Shown here piece after piece: positions 38,822 to 48,804 of a stretch of DNA of 64,000 nucleotides. The notes under the pieces were generated by a model. That model saw only the letters and a program-made list of their open reading frames with translations, did not search any database and had not been told where the DNA came from. Position 1 is the stretch's first letter, and each line of letters opens with the position of its first letter. Source of the DNA: a virus (taxonomy: Duplodnaviria > Caudoviricetes); IMG/VR virus record IMGVR_UViG_3300049794_000047, one strand, 5' to 3'. The position numbers and the translations under genes were made by a program.

Positions 38822-39277
38822 CTACCACCGCGTCATGAGACCGCCGAGCTCGACCAGCTCGCCGACCCCGAGATCATAGGTCGCGAGGTCGATCCCGCGC
38901 AGCGACAGCCGGTACTGCATGTGCTCGCCCGGCGTCACGAGCGGCGGACCCGCGCGCAGCTGGGCATCCGCCCACGCCACGGCCCGCTCAGCTTCCTTCT
39001 TCTTACGGTCAAGCGCCGGGATCTCGTCGCCTGCCGCTTCGAGCTGGTCGGCGATCGCCGGCAGGTTGTTGCGCGTGCGAGCGATGGCGACCGGGTCGAA
39101 CTCCTTGGCCTCGCCGTCCATGTGGGCCAGTTCGATGGAGCCATCGTCGTGGTTTCCGTCGCCGAACAGGATGCCGCTGACGCTGTCCCCGTGCCACGGC
39201 GTATCGGGCATCCGCGCATCGTCCTGGCGGGCCTTGGCGATCAGAACGTCCGCGAACGAACGGTTGTAGGTGCTCAC
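38822..39277 (-). CDS. hypothetical phage-type protein
   Basis: PWH...AIARTRNNLP pattern; start uncertain. Confidence 0.5.
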   Translation of the reverse strand: MSTYNRSFADVLIAKARQDDARMPDTPWHGDSVSGILFGDGNHDDGSIELAHMDGEAKEFDPVAIARTRNNLPAIADQLEAAGDEIPALDRKKKEAERAVAWADAQLRAGPPLVTPGEHMQYRLSLRGIDLATYDLGVGELVELGGLMTRW

Positions 39278-39437
39278 AGAACCCTTCCCGTCAGCAACGC
39301 CATCGGCTTCCACGCGCGCACGTGCGCTATCAGCATCGCTACCAGCAAATCGACTTCGGCCGGCTGGCCTTTCTCGTGCTCGGCGAGGAGCTGCAGGGTC
39401 AGCGCGAGGGAGCGCTGGAGCTGGGCGCCGCGGGGTG

Positions 39438-40427
39438 TCATGGGGCCTCCGGGAACGCAATGTGCTGTGTTCCGTCGAGATACGGGGACCCGACAACCCC
39501 GCCGGCCTTGCGCTTCGAGCCGGTTCCGCAGGTGATGCCCTGGGGCATGCCTTCGCTGTTCACACCGAATCTCTCGTCACCGACATCGACGGCTTGCTTG
39601 AGAAAGAACGGCACATTGCTGTCCTGGCATTGCTCCCGCAACCAGCGCAGCCATCGCGTATCCGTCGGGCGCGATCGTGGGCCGCTCTCGCACCCAACGA
39701 TCAGCCAGCCTAGCTTTCCGCTCTGCGTGGCTGGCATGGCGTTGATCCCACCGATCAGCGGTTCGCAACTCAAGAAGCGCATAGCCGCCGGGGTCGCTTC
39801 CAGATCCGGCCAGCGCTCGTCAAACGCTTCCTGGTTCTCGGTGGACACGCCCCACCACATCGACGGATGCACGAGCCCTTCATCTCGGAAGGCGATCAGG
39901 TCGAACCAGGCGTCGCCGTCCTCCATCATCGCGCCGGCCCTACGCGCAACTCGTTCCTGTGTCGTCGGATCGGAGAAGTATGCACGCAACCGCGCCGATC
40001 GCTTGGTCAGCGTCTGGAAAACGTGCCGCGGGCCGTTGCTGCGCAGCGCGCAGATCATCATGACCGCGACGACGTAATCGATCGAAGAATCGTCGAGGCT
40101 CTCGTGAAACAGGTCCGACATGGAATTTGTGAACACCGTTGACGGCTCGCGCCAACGGAGCGGATCGCGCACGTGGTCCACCACGAGCCGAACCTCGCCA
40201 GTCCAACGCGCACCTTTCGCGGTGATCCGCACCAGTCCCTCGTAGGGCTGACCCGGACCGCAGAATCGGCCCGCGGTGCGCTCGGCGTAGCAGCCTCCGC
40301 CTGTGCCGTCACCGCAGCCGGACTGCTTCGCACCGGCGGCGATCGTTCGGCTGCAGCCACGAACGGGGTTCCACGTCCTGCCACGAGTTCCCGGCCGGTG
40401 CGTCCACTCAATCGCGGTGTCACCCAT
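39438..40427 (-). CDS. phage protein Gp37/Gp68 (DUF5131)
   Basis: IEWT..TWNPV.GC...CYAE, FTNSMSDLFHE, FQ.LTKR, GVS.ENQ, RFLSCEPL, GCESG, FFLKQ. Confidence 0.92.
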   Translation of the reverse strand: MGDTAIEWTHRPGTRGRTWNPVRGCSRTIAAGAKQSGCGDGTGGGCYAERTAGRFCGPGQPYEGLVRITAKGARWTGEVRLVVDHVRDPLRWREPSTVFTNSMSDLFHESLDDSSIDYVVAVMMICALRSNGPRHVFQTLTKRSARLRAYFSDPTTQERVARRAGAMMEDGDAWFDLIAFRDEGLVHPSMWWGVSTENQEAFDERWPDLEATPAAMRFLSCEPLIGGINAMPATQSGKLGWLIVGCESGPRSRPTDTRWLRWLREQCQDSNVPFFLKQAVDVGDERFGVNSEGMPQGITCGTGSKRKAGGVVGSPYLDGTQHIAFPEAP

Positions 40428-40707
40428 CGCCGCGCTCCTGACCCGGGCGGGCCCCGGCGCTCTGCTCCAGCGCGGCGCGGACGTCGCTCTCTGCGCGCTC
40501 GAGCAGGGCGCGGAGGGCGGCGGACTGTTCGAGCGTGATCCCAGCGGAGCCGAGCAAGCCTGTGTGCAGCTGGATGCGCTGCTCCGGGTAGGCCGTGCTC
40601 TCGTGGACGTTCGCTGTGACCTGCACCCGGTCCAGGAACGGACCGGCGCCTCGCGCGTCGAACTGCAGGGTCTGCTCGATCGGCTCGTAGTTTTTCCAGT
40701 GTGTCAT
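40420..40707 (-). CDS. hypothetical protein
   Basis: GGAGG RBS; overlaps the Gp37/68 start. Confidence 0.55.
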   Translation of the reverse strand: MTHWKNYEPIEQTLQFDARGAGPFLDRVQVTANVHESTAYPEQRIQLHTGLLGSAGITLEQSAALRALLERAESDVRAALEQSAGARPGQERGDG

Positions 40708-40734
40708 GGCGTGCCTCCGTGTTCCTTGATCCAT

Positions 40735-40846
40735 CATGCTTAGGGGCTGGAACGAAATAACCTGGTCATTTCTGGTGGAGCTTCGTCGGGGAATCGTTCA
40801 AATGACCAAGTTAATAAAGTCCAGCCCCTTATCCGGTTATCACCCA
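40735..40846 (+). mobile_element. orphan IS1595-family end interrupted by MITE copy 6 (40743-40828)
   Basis: Removing the MITE and one TTA restores CATGCTTATCCGGTTATCACCCA. Confidence 0.8.
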
Positions 40847-40878
40847 TCGCGGTGGTTCCGAAAGCTGCCCTAGTCCTG

Positions 40879-41265
40879 CTACCCAGATTCCCTCAGGGAC
40901 CCCTTACGTACCCTTGCCACGGAGGCGCTGGTCGAGGGCGCTATGAACAGTCCGCGTTTGCACACACAGTACCTGGCGAAGTGGTCGAAGAAGCTGTAGG
41001 CAAGCGCCTCCAGGGCGCGCAGTGCGCCAACGCTCGTCCTGGGATCGATCGGCACGCCGATAAGATCGCAGATCGGCGTACGGACCTTCTTCCGCCCACG
41101 GTAGACATAAACGGCACGGTCAGTCGTCGCGCGCACTGGAATCCCGGCACGCCGACAGAGGTCGGGGATCGATGTCTTGATCGCGCCTGGCGGGATCCTG
41201 ACGTGCCGGGAGTTCACGACGGGATCCCAGTCGAGGCGCATAGGAATCGCGGCCACGATCTTCAT
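40879..41265 (-). CDS. hypothetical protein coupled to the nucleotidyltransferase
   Basis: ATGA overlap, AAGGAG RBS. Confidence 0.55.
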   Translation of the reverse strand: MKIVAAIPMRLDWDPVVNSRHVRIPPGAIKTSIPDLCRRAGIPVRATTDRAVYVYRGRKKVRTPICDLIGVPIDPRTSVGALRALEALAYSFFDHFARYCVCKRGLFIAPSTSASVARVRKGSLRESG

Positions 41266-41921
41266 GGCCCGCGCTCCTTGCGGACGCGATCAATGAAGGA
41301 CTGCGCCTTGCTTCGCAATCGCGCGGCAGCCTGCGCGTTCCGCCCGGTGATTTCCATGAGGGCCGTCGACTTCAACACCTGCTGCATGGTGGCCATGTCC
41401 GCATTGGTTGCGTGGCCAACTACGATCTGAAGGTCTTCCTCATTCCCCTCGATCAGACAACCTCCGGCCCTCACGAGAATCTTCGCGACGTCACGACGGT
41501 CCTTGGCACCATGCGCCGAATGTCCCCGAGAACGAAGGGCGTCGATCTTGAGCAAGAGCAGGTGCCCGAGCGAGGCGATCTGGAAGTCTCGCGCCCTTCC
41601 AACAGCCGCGCGTGTCGCATGCTGCGCAAGCTCCGCATAGTCAAAGCGCAACTTGTTGTTACGCTCGACGTAGAGATCGACGTCCACGTCACCAATCTTG
41701 ATTTGCGCTTTGCCGAGGCGCTTGTTCGTGACGAACTCCTCATGATCTCGCACGGTACCGGAAGCGGAGAGCGATATCGCGGCGTCCGCATCGTGCGTTG
41801 CCTCGAGAGGCAGCCCGCTCTTGGCGGAATGGGCATGCACGGCAACGCCGCCAATGAAGACGATCTCTCCGTCTGTGAGGGCGACGAGATCAGCGACGAT
41901 CTTCCAGAGATCCGTTGCCAT
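41262..41921 (-). CDS. Pol-beta-type nucleotidyltransferase (AbiEii-like)
   Basis: VFIGGVAV..H, ATHDAD, VDVDLY, LLLKI, KD..DV. Confidence 0.7.
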   Translation of the reverse strand: MATDLWKIVADLVALTDGEIVFIGGVAVHAHSAKSGLPLEATHDADAAISLSASGTVRDHEEFVTNKRLGKAQIKIGDVDVDLYVERNNKLRFDYAELAQHATRAAVGRARDFQIASLGHLLLLKIDALRSRGHSAHGAKDRRDVAKILVRAGGCLIEGNEEDLQIVVGHATNADMATMQQVLKSTALMEITGRNAQAAARLRSKAQSFIDRVRKERGP

Positions 41922-41945
41922 GGCCCCGCACCGTAGCACATCGTC

Positions 41946-41974
41946 TTGACCCGTGTGTGTACGGCGTGTATACA
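41946..41974 (+). promoter_or_regulatory. sigma70-like promoter
   Basis: TTGACC-17 nt-TATACA, ending 6 nt before GTG 41981. Confidence 0.55.
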
Positions 41975-41980
41975 GGCGGC

Positions 41981-42277
41981 GTGGTTTTCAAGCGAACGCG
42001 CTCCCTGAACCTTCGGCTTCGTCCAGACGAGTTGTCGCGCTGGCGCAAGGAGGCTCGCCGAACCAAGCAGACCCTCAGTGCGTGGCTTCGCACTGCCGCA
42101 ACTCTGTACATCGCCGTGGACGCAGTCCCCGCGGAACCGTCCCTCGGTGATCCGATCACCGCGTGGCTTCGCAGGGAAGCCGCGCTGCGCATCGCCGCGG
42201 AGCAGCCCTCTCCGAGGGCATCGTCCCCCAATGATCTGTTCAACAAACGGACAAGGTCCCGGAAGCCGGTGCGATGA
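41981..42277 (+). CDS. ribbon-helix-helix protein
   Basis: SLNLRLRPDEL.RW..EA....QTLSAWLR. Confidence 0.65.
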   Translation: MVFKRTRSLNLRLRPDELSRWRKEARRTKQTLSAWLRTAATLYIAVDAVPAEPSLGDPITAWLRREAALRIAAEQPSPRASSPNDLFNKRTRSRKPVR

Positions 42278-42757
42278 CCTCGCGACCCCTGCGACGAGAG
42301 GCTGGCAGTTCAACGGGGCGAGCAGTGCGAGGCCCTACCTCAGCACTGTTTGATCACTTCGCCGACCTGCACGATCCAGAGGGGACGTGACGCCGGAACA
42401 CGTGCAGGGCTGGCGCGACTTCCTCGCGACTGTCGAAGTACGCGGTCCTCTCCCGATCGTGTTCGAGATCGTGCAGGACCCGCGAGGCCGCATCGCGCGA
42501 CGATGTCGGCGCAGAGGCCCCGCGGCTGGAGCTCGATCTCACTGTAGACGGCGTAGCCCTGCGCGATGAGGTTCGCGACCACGACGACGGGGCACCTCGG
42601 CCTCGGTGCAGCGCCGCGTGCTGAGTAGCCGTACACCTGTCTCTCACGTACCACACCACCGTGGCCACTTCGCACTGGGTAGTAAACTACCCAGGCTCTG
42701 CTATCGCGCCCTTGCATGCTCGGGCACCAGGCACGCCATAAGCAGGGCTTGGCGGTC

Positions 42758-43456
42758 ATGCTGACCGTTACCGACATCGATCGGACGTTCGCGGCCGAGT
42801 TGGGCCTCTTCCTCATCCAACAGCCCGTGACCGAGGCAGATCGCGTCGACGCGCAGCATCCCAACGCCGCGCGCCTCCCCGAGACCTGGCTCGTCAGGAG
42901 TGCTCTCACCAGGAAACCCGTCGGACACCTTCGCTTCACAGCAGTCGACTGCCTCTACGTATCCAAGTACGCCGCAGGCATCAGCGGGATGGAGGAGACG
43001 GTCGCCGAGGCACTCCGCTGGATCGCACCGATCACTCGCCACGTTCGCACCGGACAGTACGACGGCACCGAGGTAATCGTCCGCCGATTCGGCTCGATGT
43101 TCGAGCGACCGCGGGCACTCACCGAGTGTGGTGCGAAGTCGACCGGGGCCGACTACAGCCCCACCGCTGCGCAGAGTGAGTTGATCAACGGACGGTCCCA
43201 CGAGATGTGCCCGGGGTGCCGTACGGAGCTCGAGGGACGTGGCGAAAAAGATCTCTCTCACTTGCCCGAGAGGAGAGGCAGCTCGACCACGCGGCAGCAG
43301 AGCTACCTCCGGCGCCTGCTCGACGAGGGAGCTCGCAACGCACGCCCCTACCTCGTGGACGCGCGGACCGTCGACAAAATGTCGCGCCGAGAAGCGTCCG
43401 CGACGATCGATCGCCTCAGGGCGCTCAAGGAGCGCGGCTGGCAGGGCACGTTGTGA
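42758..43456 (+). CDS. hypothetical protein
   Basis: ATG 14 nt after a sigma54-like motif; C-terminal T.RQ.SYL..L...MSRREAS..ID.L. Confidence 0.65.
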   Translation: MLTVTDIDRTFAAELGLFLIQQPVTEADRVDAQHPNAARLPETWLVRSALTRKPVGHLRFTAVDCLYVSKYAAGISGMEETVAEALRWIAPITRHVRTGQYDGTEVIVRRFGSMFERPRALTECGAKSTGADYSPTAAQSELINGRSHEMCPGCRTELEGRGEKDLSHLPERRGSSTTRQQSYLRRLLDEGARNARPYLVDARTVDKMSRREASATIDRLRALKERGWQGTL

Positions 43457-43514
43457 AAAGCACCAACCCCACTGAGACACAGTCCCTACTGCCCTCTGAA
43501 ACAAAGGTGCCCTC

Positions 43515-44084
43515 ATGAAAATGACCGAAGTCGAGTCCCGCCGTATCTATCTGGGAAGCCTCCTGAATCCCTCGATCCCCGAGGGTAATGAACTGCGAGA
43601 TTGCGAGATTGCACTGGGAATGGCCGGGGCAGCACCGAAGGAGCGAGCCGAGGCGGCACGGCGCTGCGAAGCCCGAGACTTGGCACGGAAGACGAAAGGC
43701 AGCGAAAAGAAGCGGATCCTTGACAGTGTCGATGCAGGTGACAGCCTGGGACACCTTCAACGGCAGAAGGTTCCGTCGCCTGCCTTGATTGAGGGAGCTC
43801 CTCGCGAACGCGACGGCCAGCAACGTGCCCCCCACCAGAGGTTGGACGTACGACCCGACCTTGTTAAGGCATACCTCAGCAATCTGATCGCGCTCCACAC
43901 ACTCAACGAAAGCCTCGCGCTCCACACACTCAACCAAAACCTCTCGACGGGTTCGGAAAGTTCGGCGGGTTGGTCGGACGCCGCGCGCCTGGAAACCGTC
44001 CAGCACGCGCTTGATCGCGTGTGGAACACGATGTCAGAAGACGAGCGCCGAGAGACCGAGCGACGACTCAGGGCCGAAGGATGA
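43515..44084 (+). CDS. hypothetical protein
   Basis: DC.IALG...RAEA motif shared with 46041. Confidence 0.5.
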   Translation: MKMTEVESRRIYLGSLLNPSIPEGNELRDCEIALGMAGAAPKERAEAARRCEARDLARKTKGSEKKRILDSVDAGDSLGHLQRQKVPSPALIEGAPRERDGQQRAPHQRLDVRPDLVKAYLSNLIALHTLNESLALHTLNQNLSTGSESSAGWSDAARLETVQHALDRVWNTMSEDERRETERRLRAEG

Positions 44085-44953
44085 CGGCCCCCGACTACAG
44101 CCCGCTCTGGTCCTGGATCCGCGAGCGTGAGGCGATCCGCGTCAAGAAAGAATCCGGCCTACCACCGCCCTGGACCGACGATCCGATCCTCGCGACGTAT
44201 CGCTTCTGCAACGTGCGACGGGAAGACGACCTCGTCACACGCTGGATCCAGAACCACGTCCGAGATCCGTACCACGATCACCCAATGCTCTGGTTCATGC
44301 TCTGCGTCTGCCGGCAGGTCAACTGGCCGGGCACGCTCGCCGAGTTGATCCAGTCCAAGGCGTGGCCAGACAACCCGAGCTTCCACCCCGCGAAGATGGC
44401 CGCGGTGCTACGGGCGCGGCGCGAGCGCGACAACAAGGTGTATACCGGCGCCTACATGATCCCAGCACCGGCCAAGAAGGGTGCCGACAAGCAGGCGTAC
44501 ATCGCCGAGGTCGTGCTGGGTGACCTGTGGCGACGCGCACCGGAGTTCGGCGCGTGGTTCGCCAGGAAGGCCCCGACCCTACAAGGCACCCACGAGAGAA
44601 TCCGGCGATCCCTCGGCTGGGGCGAGTTCCTCGCCTACCAGGCCGTCGTGGACATGCGTTTTTCGGATCGCCTGCTCGCAGCAGCCCCCGATCGCGCGAG
44701 TTGGGCCGCGGCAGGACCCGGGACCCTCCGCGGTCTACATCGATTGCACGGTCGAGCGCTGACCGCGCCGATCTCCCAGGAGCAGGCGCTCGATGAGATG
44801 CGTGCGATCTACACGGTTGCCCTGCACGAGACAGGCGTGGCGATGGATTTCAGCGATGTCCCAAACGTACTGTGCGAGACCGACAAGTACCTGCGCGTCC
44901 ACCTCGGCCAGGGCAGGCCGCGTGCCAGATACGTCCCTGGTCGCGGGGCTTAA
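44081..44953 (+). CDS. aGPT-Pplase / 5-hmdU-kinase-associated helical domain protein (amino acid:DNA transferase-like)
   Basis: ERE.IR..K..G...PWTDDPIL..YRFCNVRREDD, YTGAY, G.FLAYQ..VD, AGPG..RGL, N.LCE.DKY. Confidence 0.85.
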   Translation: MTAPDYSPLWSWIREREAIRVKKESGLPPPWTDDPILATYRFCNVRREDDLVTRWIQNHVRDPYHDHPMLWFMLCVCRQVNWPGTLAELIQSKAWPDNPSFHPAKMAAVLRARRERDNKVYTGAYMIPAPAKKGADKQAYIAEVVLGDLWRRAPEFGAWFARKAPTLQGTHERIRRSLGWGEFLAYQAVVDMRFSDRLLAAAPDRASWAAAGPGTLRGLHRLHGRALTAPISQEQALDEMRAIYTVALHETGVAMDFSDVPNVLCETDKYLRVHLGQGRPRARYVPGRGA

Positions 44954-45056
44954 CCAGAAGGATCGCCGTGGGTAGCACAGCATTGACGGAGAGTTCCAGA
45001 GCATCGATCCCCCGGCGTCACCTGCAACGTACTGCCCGGAAGGAAGGCGGAAAAAC

Positions 45057-45872
45057 GTGAACCAGCGCTGGTACAGACGGCTGGGCACGTGGCGCGACGA
45101 AAGCGAGGTGATCGACACCCGTGCCTACGAGGTCGCCGAGATCACAAACGACGCGACACCCAAGGCGTTCGTCGAGGAGCACCATTACAGCGGCTCCTAC
45201 CCCGCAGCGCGCAAACGCTTCGGCCTCTACCACGGCAGGCCGCTCGTGGGCGTCGCGGTGTTCTCGCACCCTCCCAACGAGGCGGTACTCCGACGCCTCC
45301 CATGTGATCGTATGGCCGGCATTGAGCTTGGGCGTTTCGTGCTCCTGCCTGAAGTGCCCGGCAACGGCGAGTCGTGGTTCCTCGCGCGCTGCTTCGAGCA
45401 CCTGCGTACAAGTGGGATCGAGGCCCTCATCTCCCACTCCGATCCTTTGCCGCGGCGCGACATCACGGGGCACCTCGTGACGCCCGGCCACATTGGAAGG
45501 ATCTATCAGGCGACCAACGCGATCTACGGAGGCCGTACCAGGGCACGTCACCTATGGATCCTGCCCGACGGCACCTGCTTCTCGGAGCGCGCCCTGACGA
45601 AGATCCGGTCCCGCGATCGCGGCTACCGCTACGCGATCGACCAACTCGTGCAACACGGTGCCGGTCCCCCGCGCGCCCACGACCAGGATCTCGGCGCATG
45701 GCTCCGCGAAGCACTCAGCCGTGTCGCACGCCGCCTGAAGCACCGTGGAAATCACAGATACCTGTGGGCACTTAACAAACACCTCCGCAGCGCCGTCACG
45801 GAGCTCGCACTCGTGGACAAGAACGGCGATCCCGTGAAGTACCCCAAGCAACTCGATCAGGAGATCGCGTGA
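45057..45872 (+). CDS. Mom-like GNAT DNA-modification protein
   Basis: AFVEEHHYS, LVGVAVF, ELGRFVL...GNGESWFLAR, SHSDP, GHIG.IYQATN. Confidence 0.82.
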   Translation: MNQRWYRRLGTWRDESEVIDTRAYEVAEITNDATPKAFVEEHHYSGSYPAARKRFGLYHGRPLVGVAVFSHPPNEAVLRRLPCDRMAGIELGRFVLLPEVPGNGESWFLARCFEHLRTSGIEALISHSDPLPRRDITGHLVTPGHIGRIYQATNAIYGGRTRARHLWILPDGTCFSERALTKIRSRDRGYRYAIDQLVQHGAGPPRAHDQDLGAWLREALSRVARRLKHRGNHRYLWALNKHLRSAVTELALVDKNGDPVKYPKQLDQEIA

Positions 45873-45907
45873 TTATCAACATTCGCTGTTACACGACGCC
45901 CCGTTAA

Positions 45908-45994
45908 GGAGCTGGACTTTATTAACTTGGTCATTTCGGAGCCTTCGTCGTCGAGAAGCGCCGCCAAATGTCCGCGTTATTTCGTTCCAGCCCC
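45908..45994 (-). mobile_element. 87-bp MITE, copy 7 (diverged centre)
   Basis: Same arms, TAA on both sides. Confidence 0.8.
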
Positions 45995-46040
45995 TAAGAC
46001 TCCTCAAAACACAGCTCGACCGCTTCGATAGGAAAACACG

Positions 46041-46775
46041 ATGACCAGTCAAGTCAATCTTAGTCCGCATGGTGTTTGGCATGTCACCACCGAGGGCGAT
46101 TGCGAGGGCCGTTCGACGAAGGATCTTGAGGTCCATGAGGGCTATATCGATGACATAGCGTTCGCGCTCGCAGGAGCGGCCTACTATAAGCTCAAATTCA
46201 AGCCTGTCGATGTCAAGGCATTGTCCCGCAAGCCGTGCCTCGGTACCGAAGTTCACGTCAGCCTCTCGATCGAGAGCAAGACATGGGGCACGAAGGACTT
46301 CGAGCGTCTGCTTTCTGGGCGCGGCGTTGCCGTGGAACACAGCGACTATTACGATTCGGTCAAACTGATTCGAGGAGCCGACCCCATGCGGCAGGAACAG
46401 GCCCGACGTGACGCACTGAGAAACGCGGCGTTGTCCAAGCTCAGCGCTGACGAGGCAGAGGCGCTGGGGCTAACCGCCGCCTTGGAGTTGACCGTGCCGG
46501 TGCATGCAAAGGACGATCATCGCCCATTGACCAATGACGAGATCATCAGCATACGTGACACACTGCTCACCAAGGACAACATTGCCCCGTTGTCCTATGA
46601 CGAGATCATCAGCATACGTGACACACTGCTCACCAAGGGCAACATTGTCCCGTTGTCCGTGCACGACCAGAACCTGTTTCGGGACTGCGACATAGCGCTT
46701 GGAGTCGTGCGGTGTCAGCCCGAGACGCGCGCGGAGGCGAGAGCACGGATCTCGCGAAGGGTAACGGCGTCGTGA
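46041..46775 (+). CDS. hypothetical protein with internal 63-bp duplication
   Basis: W.VTTEGDCEGRSTKDL N-terminus; PL..DEIISIRDTLLTK.NI twice. Confidence 0.65.
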   Translation: MTSQVNLSPHGVWHVTTEGDCEGRSTKDLEVHEGYIDDIAFALAGAAYYKLKFKPVDVKALSRKPCLGTEVHVSLSIESKTWGTKDFERLLSGRGVAVEHSDYYDSVKLIRGADPMRQEQARRDALRNAALSKLSADEAEALGLTAALELTVPVHAKDDHRPLTNDEIISIRDTLLTKDNIAPLSYDEIISIRDTLLTKGNIVPLSVHDQNLFRDCDIALGVVRCQPETRAEARARISRRVTAS

Positions 46776-47455
46776 CGAAGGTCAAGCGTCCCGCAAGCGC
46801 CCCGTATTCCGCCCGCGACCGTCGGGACGCCGCACGTGTCCTGCGCGCCGCACGCGACATCCTGTTGGGCACCGAAGATCCGTTCCCGGTACTCGAAGCT
46901 GCCCGCCGCGCAGGTGTGCGCACCAACAGCCGCGCCTGGGAGCTGGCGACCCAGGCACGTGAGACCGTGGGAGGTCCACGGGACGAGAATCAGCTGGAGG
47001 CAGCCGCCGAGCTCCTCAAGGGCACCTGGTCTCCCGACGAGTCCTACCACCCCAAGCTTGCACGCGTACCCCGCTGCCGCTTGCGCGCCATCGGGGGTCG
47101 CTGCACGCGGCCCATCGGTCACGGCCCTGGCTGCGCGCTGGATCCACCCCCGGATGATCTCGTGCGGAGCGTCGGCACAGAGCACGTACTCGTGGGAGGT
47201 CCACCGACGAGCACAGCGCTGGTCGTCGCCTGGGAGGCCAGTGCTACCGGCGGCAGCCTCCGCGTGCGCCGTGACGACCACGATCGGGGTCTCTGGATCG
47301 ACAGCGCCTCGATCCAGAAGCGACGAGGAGGCGAGCCGCTCCTGCTCAGGTGGCCCGAGATCAAGCGCCTCACGCTGGACCTGAACCTCGAGTTGGCGGA
47401 GCGCCGGGGCGTGGCCACTGCAGGCTCGAGGAGCAGGAAGAAGACAGTGCCGTGA
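46772..47455 (+). CDS. hypothetical protein
   Basis: GTGA-coupled. Confidence 0.5.
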   Translation: MTKVKRPASAPYSARDRRDAARVLRAARDILLGTEDPFPVLEAARRAGVRTNSRAWELATQARETVGGPRDENQLEAAAELLKGTWSPDESYHPKLARVPRCRLRAIGGRCTRPIGHGPGCALDPPPDDLVRSVGTEHVLVGGPPTSTALVVAWEASATGGSLRVRRDDHDRGLWIDSASIQKRRGGEPLLLRWPEIKRLTLDLNLELAERRGVATAGSRSRKKTVP

Positions 47456-47835
47456 ATCCACGGGTATTCAAATACCCGGATCTCTCACGTCACACGCCCC
47501 CACGAACCGTGGTGTCCGCGAGACGGGTACTTGAACACCCAGGCGCTGCGAACATGGACTTGGAGCTCTCGTACCTGGCATGCAGTGTGCGAAAGGTCGT
47601 GAGCGTGAGTGTGAGTGGCCTTACCGATGATGAACTACAACGCTGGCGCGCCTCGGTACCGTGTGCCAAGTATGAGCCGGCTGACATGCAGAGAATGGCT
47701 AGTGAGATCGTTCGCCGACGCGCCGAGTCGAGACGGCTGGAAGAACTGGCGCTGAGTCTCGAGCACAACCACCACCCGGACATGCGCAAGGCCGGCGCCG
47801 AACTACGCAACCGGCTCAAGGGAAGCACCAAATGA
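47452..47835 (+). CDS. hypothetical protein
   Basis: Coupled at both ends; start uncertain. Confidence 0.45.
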   Translation: MNPRVFKYPDLSRHTPPRTVVSARRVLEHPGAANMDLELSYLACSVRKVVSVSVSGLTDDELQRWRASVPCAKYEPADMQRMASEIVRRRAESRRLEELALSLEHNHHPDMRKAGAELRNRLKGSTK

Positions 47836-47861
47836 GCAGCCGCGTCACCTATCAAGGGGCC

Positions 47862-48090
47862 TTCGCCTCCTGGCTAAACCGCCGCGCCGGCGAGAAGGAC
47901 GTCCGCGACGGTAAAGCGGCTGGCCAGTTCGCCGCCTGGCTGAACCGCCGCGCCGGCGAGAAGGACGTCCGCGACGGTAAAGCGGCTGGCCAGTTCGCCG
48001 CCTGGCTGAACCGCCGCGCCGGCGAGAAGGACGTCCGCGACGGCGAGGGGGACGGTCAGTTCGCCGCCTGGCTGAACCGCTGCACCGGCG
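47862..48090 (+). repeat. 66-bp tandem repeat x ~3.5
   Basis: Units start at 47862, 47928, 47994, 48060 (FAAWLNRRAGEKDVRDGKAAGQ). Confidence 0.92.
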
Positions 48091-48151
48091 AACGAGATCG
48101 CGACGCTGTGCAAGGCGGCCGGGTGCCCGACCGGCAACCGCGCGCACCCCG

Positions 48152-48586
48152 ATGTCTGCTGCCGCGATCATCCCCGAACTTCTCGCCGAGATCACCCGCC
48201 TGCAGTCCGATCTCGACCACGCCACATCCCACGACGGCGACGGCGACCACCTCAGCAAGGCATCGCGCCGCATGGTCGACACCGTGATGGGCGACCGCGA
48301 TGCGCTGCGGGCGGAGGTGGAGCGCCTCCGCGCCGACATCGGCGAAACCCAGCTCGTGCTCGAGCAGCAGGACCGCGATCTCGAGCGGCTGCGAGGCGAG
48401 GTCGCTCACCTGGACGCATGGGAGGATGTCCACATCACGGCGCAGCAGAATGCCAACGCTCGCATCGCCGCGCTCGAGACCGGCCTGCGCGAGGCCATCG
48501 GGTACATCGATCCGGCGTACTGCGACGATGGCACGGCGACGTCGACGAAGGAGCGGCTCACCGCCGTACTGGAGGCCAAGCCATGA
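48152..48586 (+). CDS. coiled-coil hypothetical protein
   Basis: Heptad-rich, ATGA-coupled. Confidence 0.6.
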   Translation: MSAAAIIPELLAEITRLQSDLDHATSHDGDGDHLSKASRRMVDTVMGDRDALRAEVERLRADIGETQLVLEQQDRDLERLRGEVAHLDAWEDVHITAQQNANARIAALETGLREAIGYIDPAYCDDGTATSTKERLTAVLEAKP

Positions 48587-48804
48587 GCGATTTCCTCTCC
48601 GGTCTCACCCTTGACCAGGCCGTCGACATGGTCTGCGCAGCCGTCCGCCGCGCCCCGGCGCTCCACCTCGACGAGCCGATCACGCCGTTCGCCACGCCGC
48701 GTCAGCTGATGGGCGGCGGACCGCCGTCGTGTTGGCGTACGTTTGCCCGGCGGAGGTGGTTTGAGCGGCTGCGGGCGCGGTGGCCAGACGCTCGCCGAGG
48801 CGCA

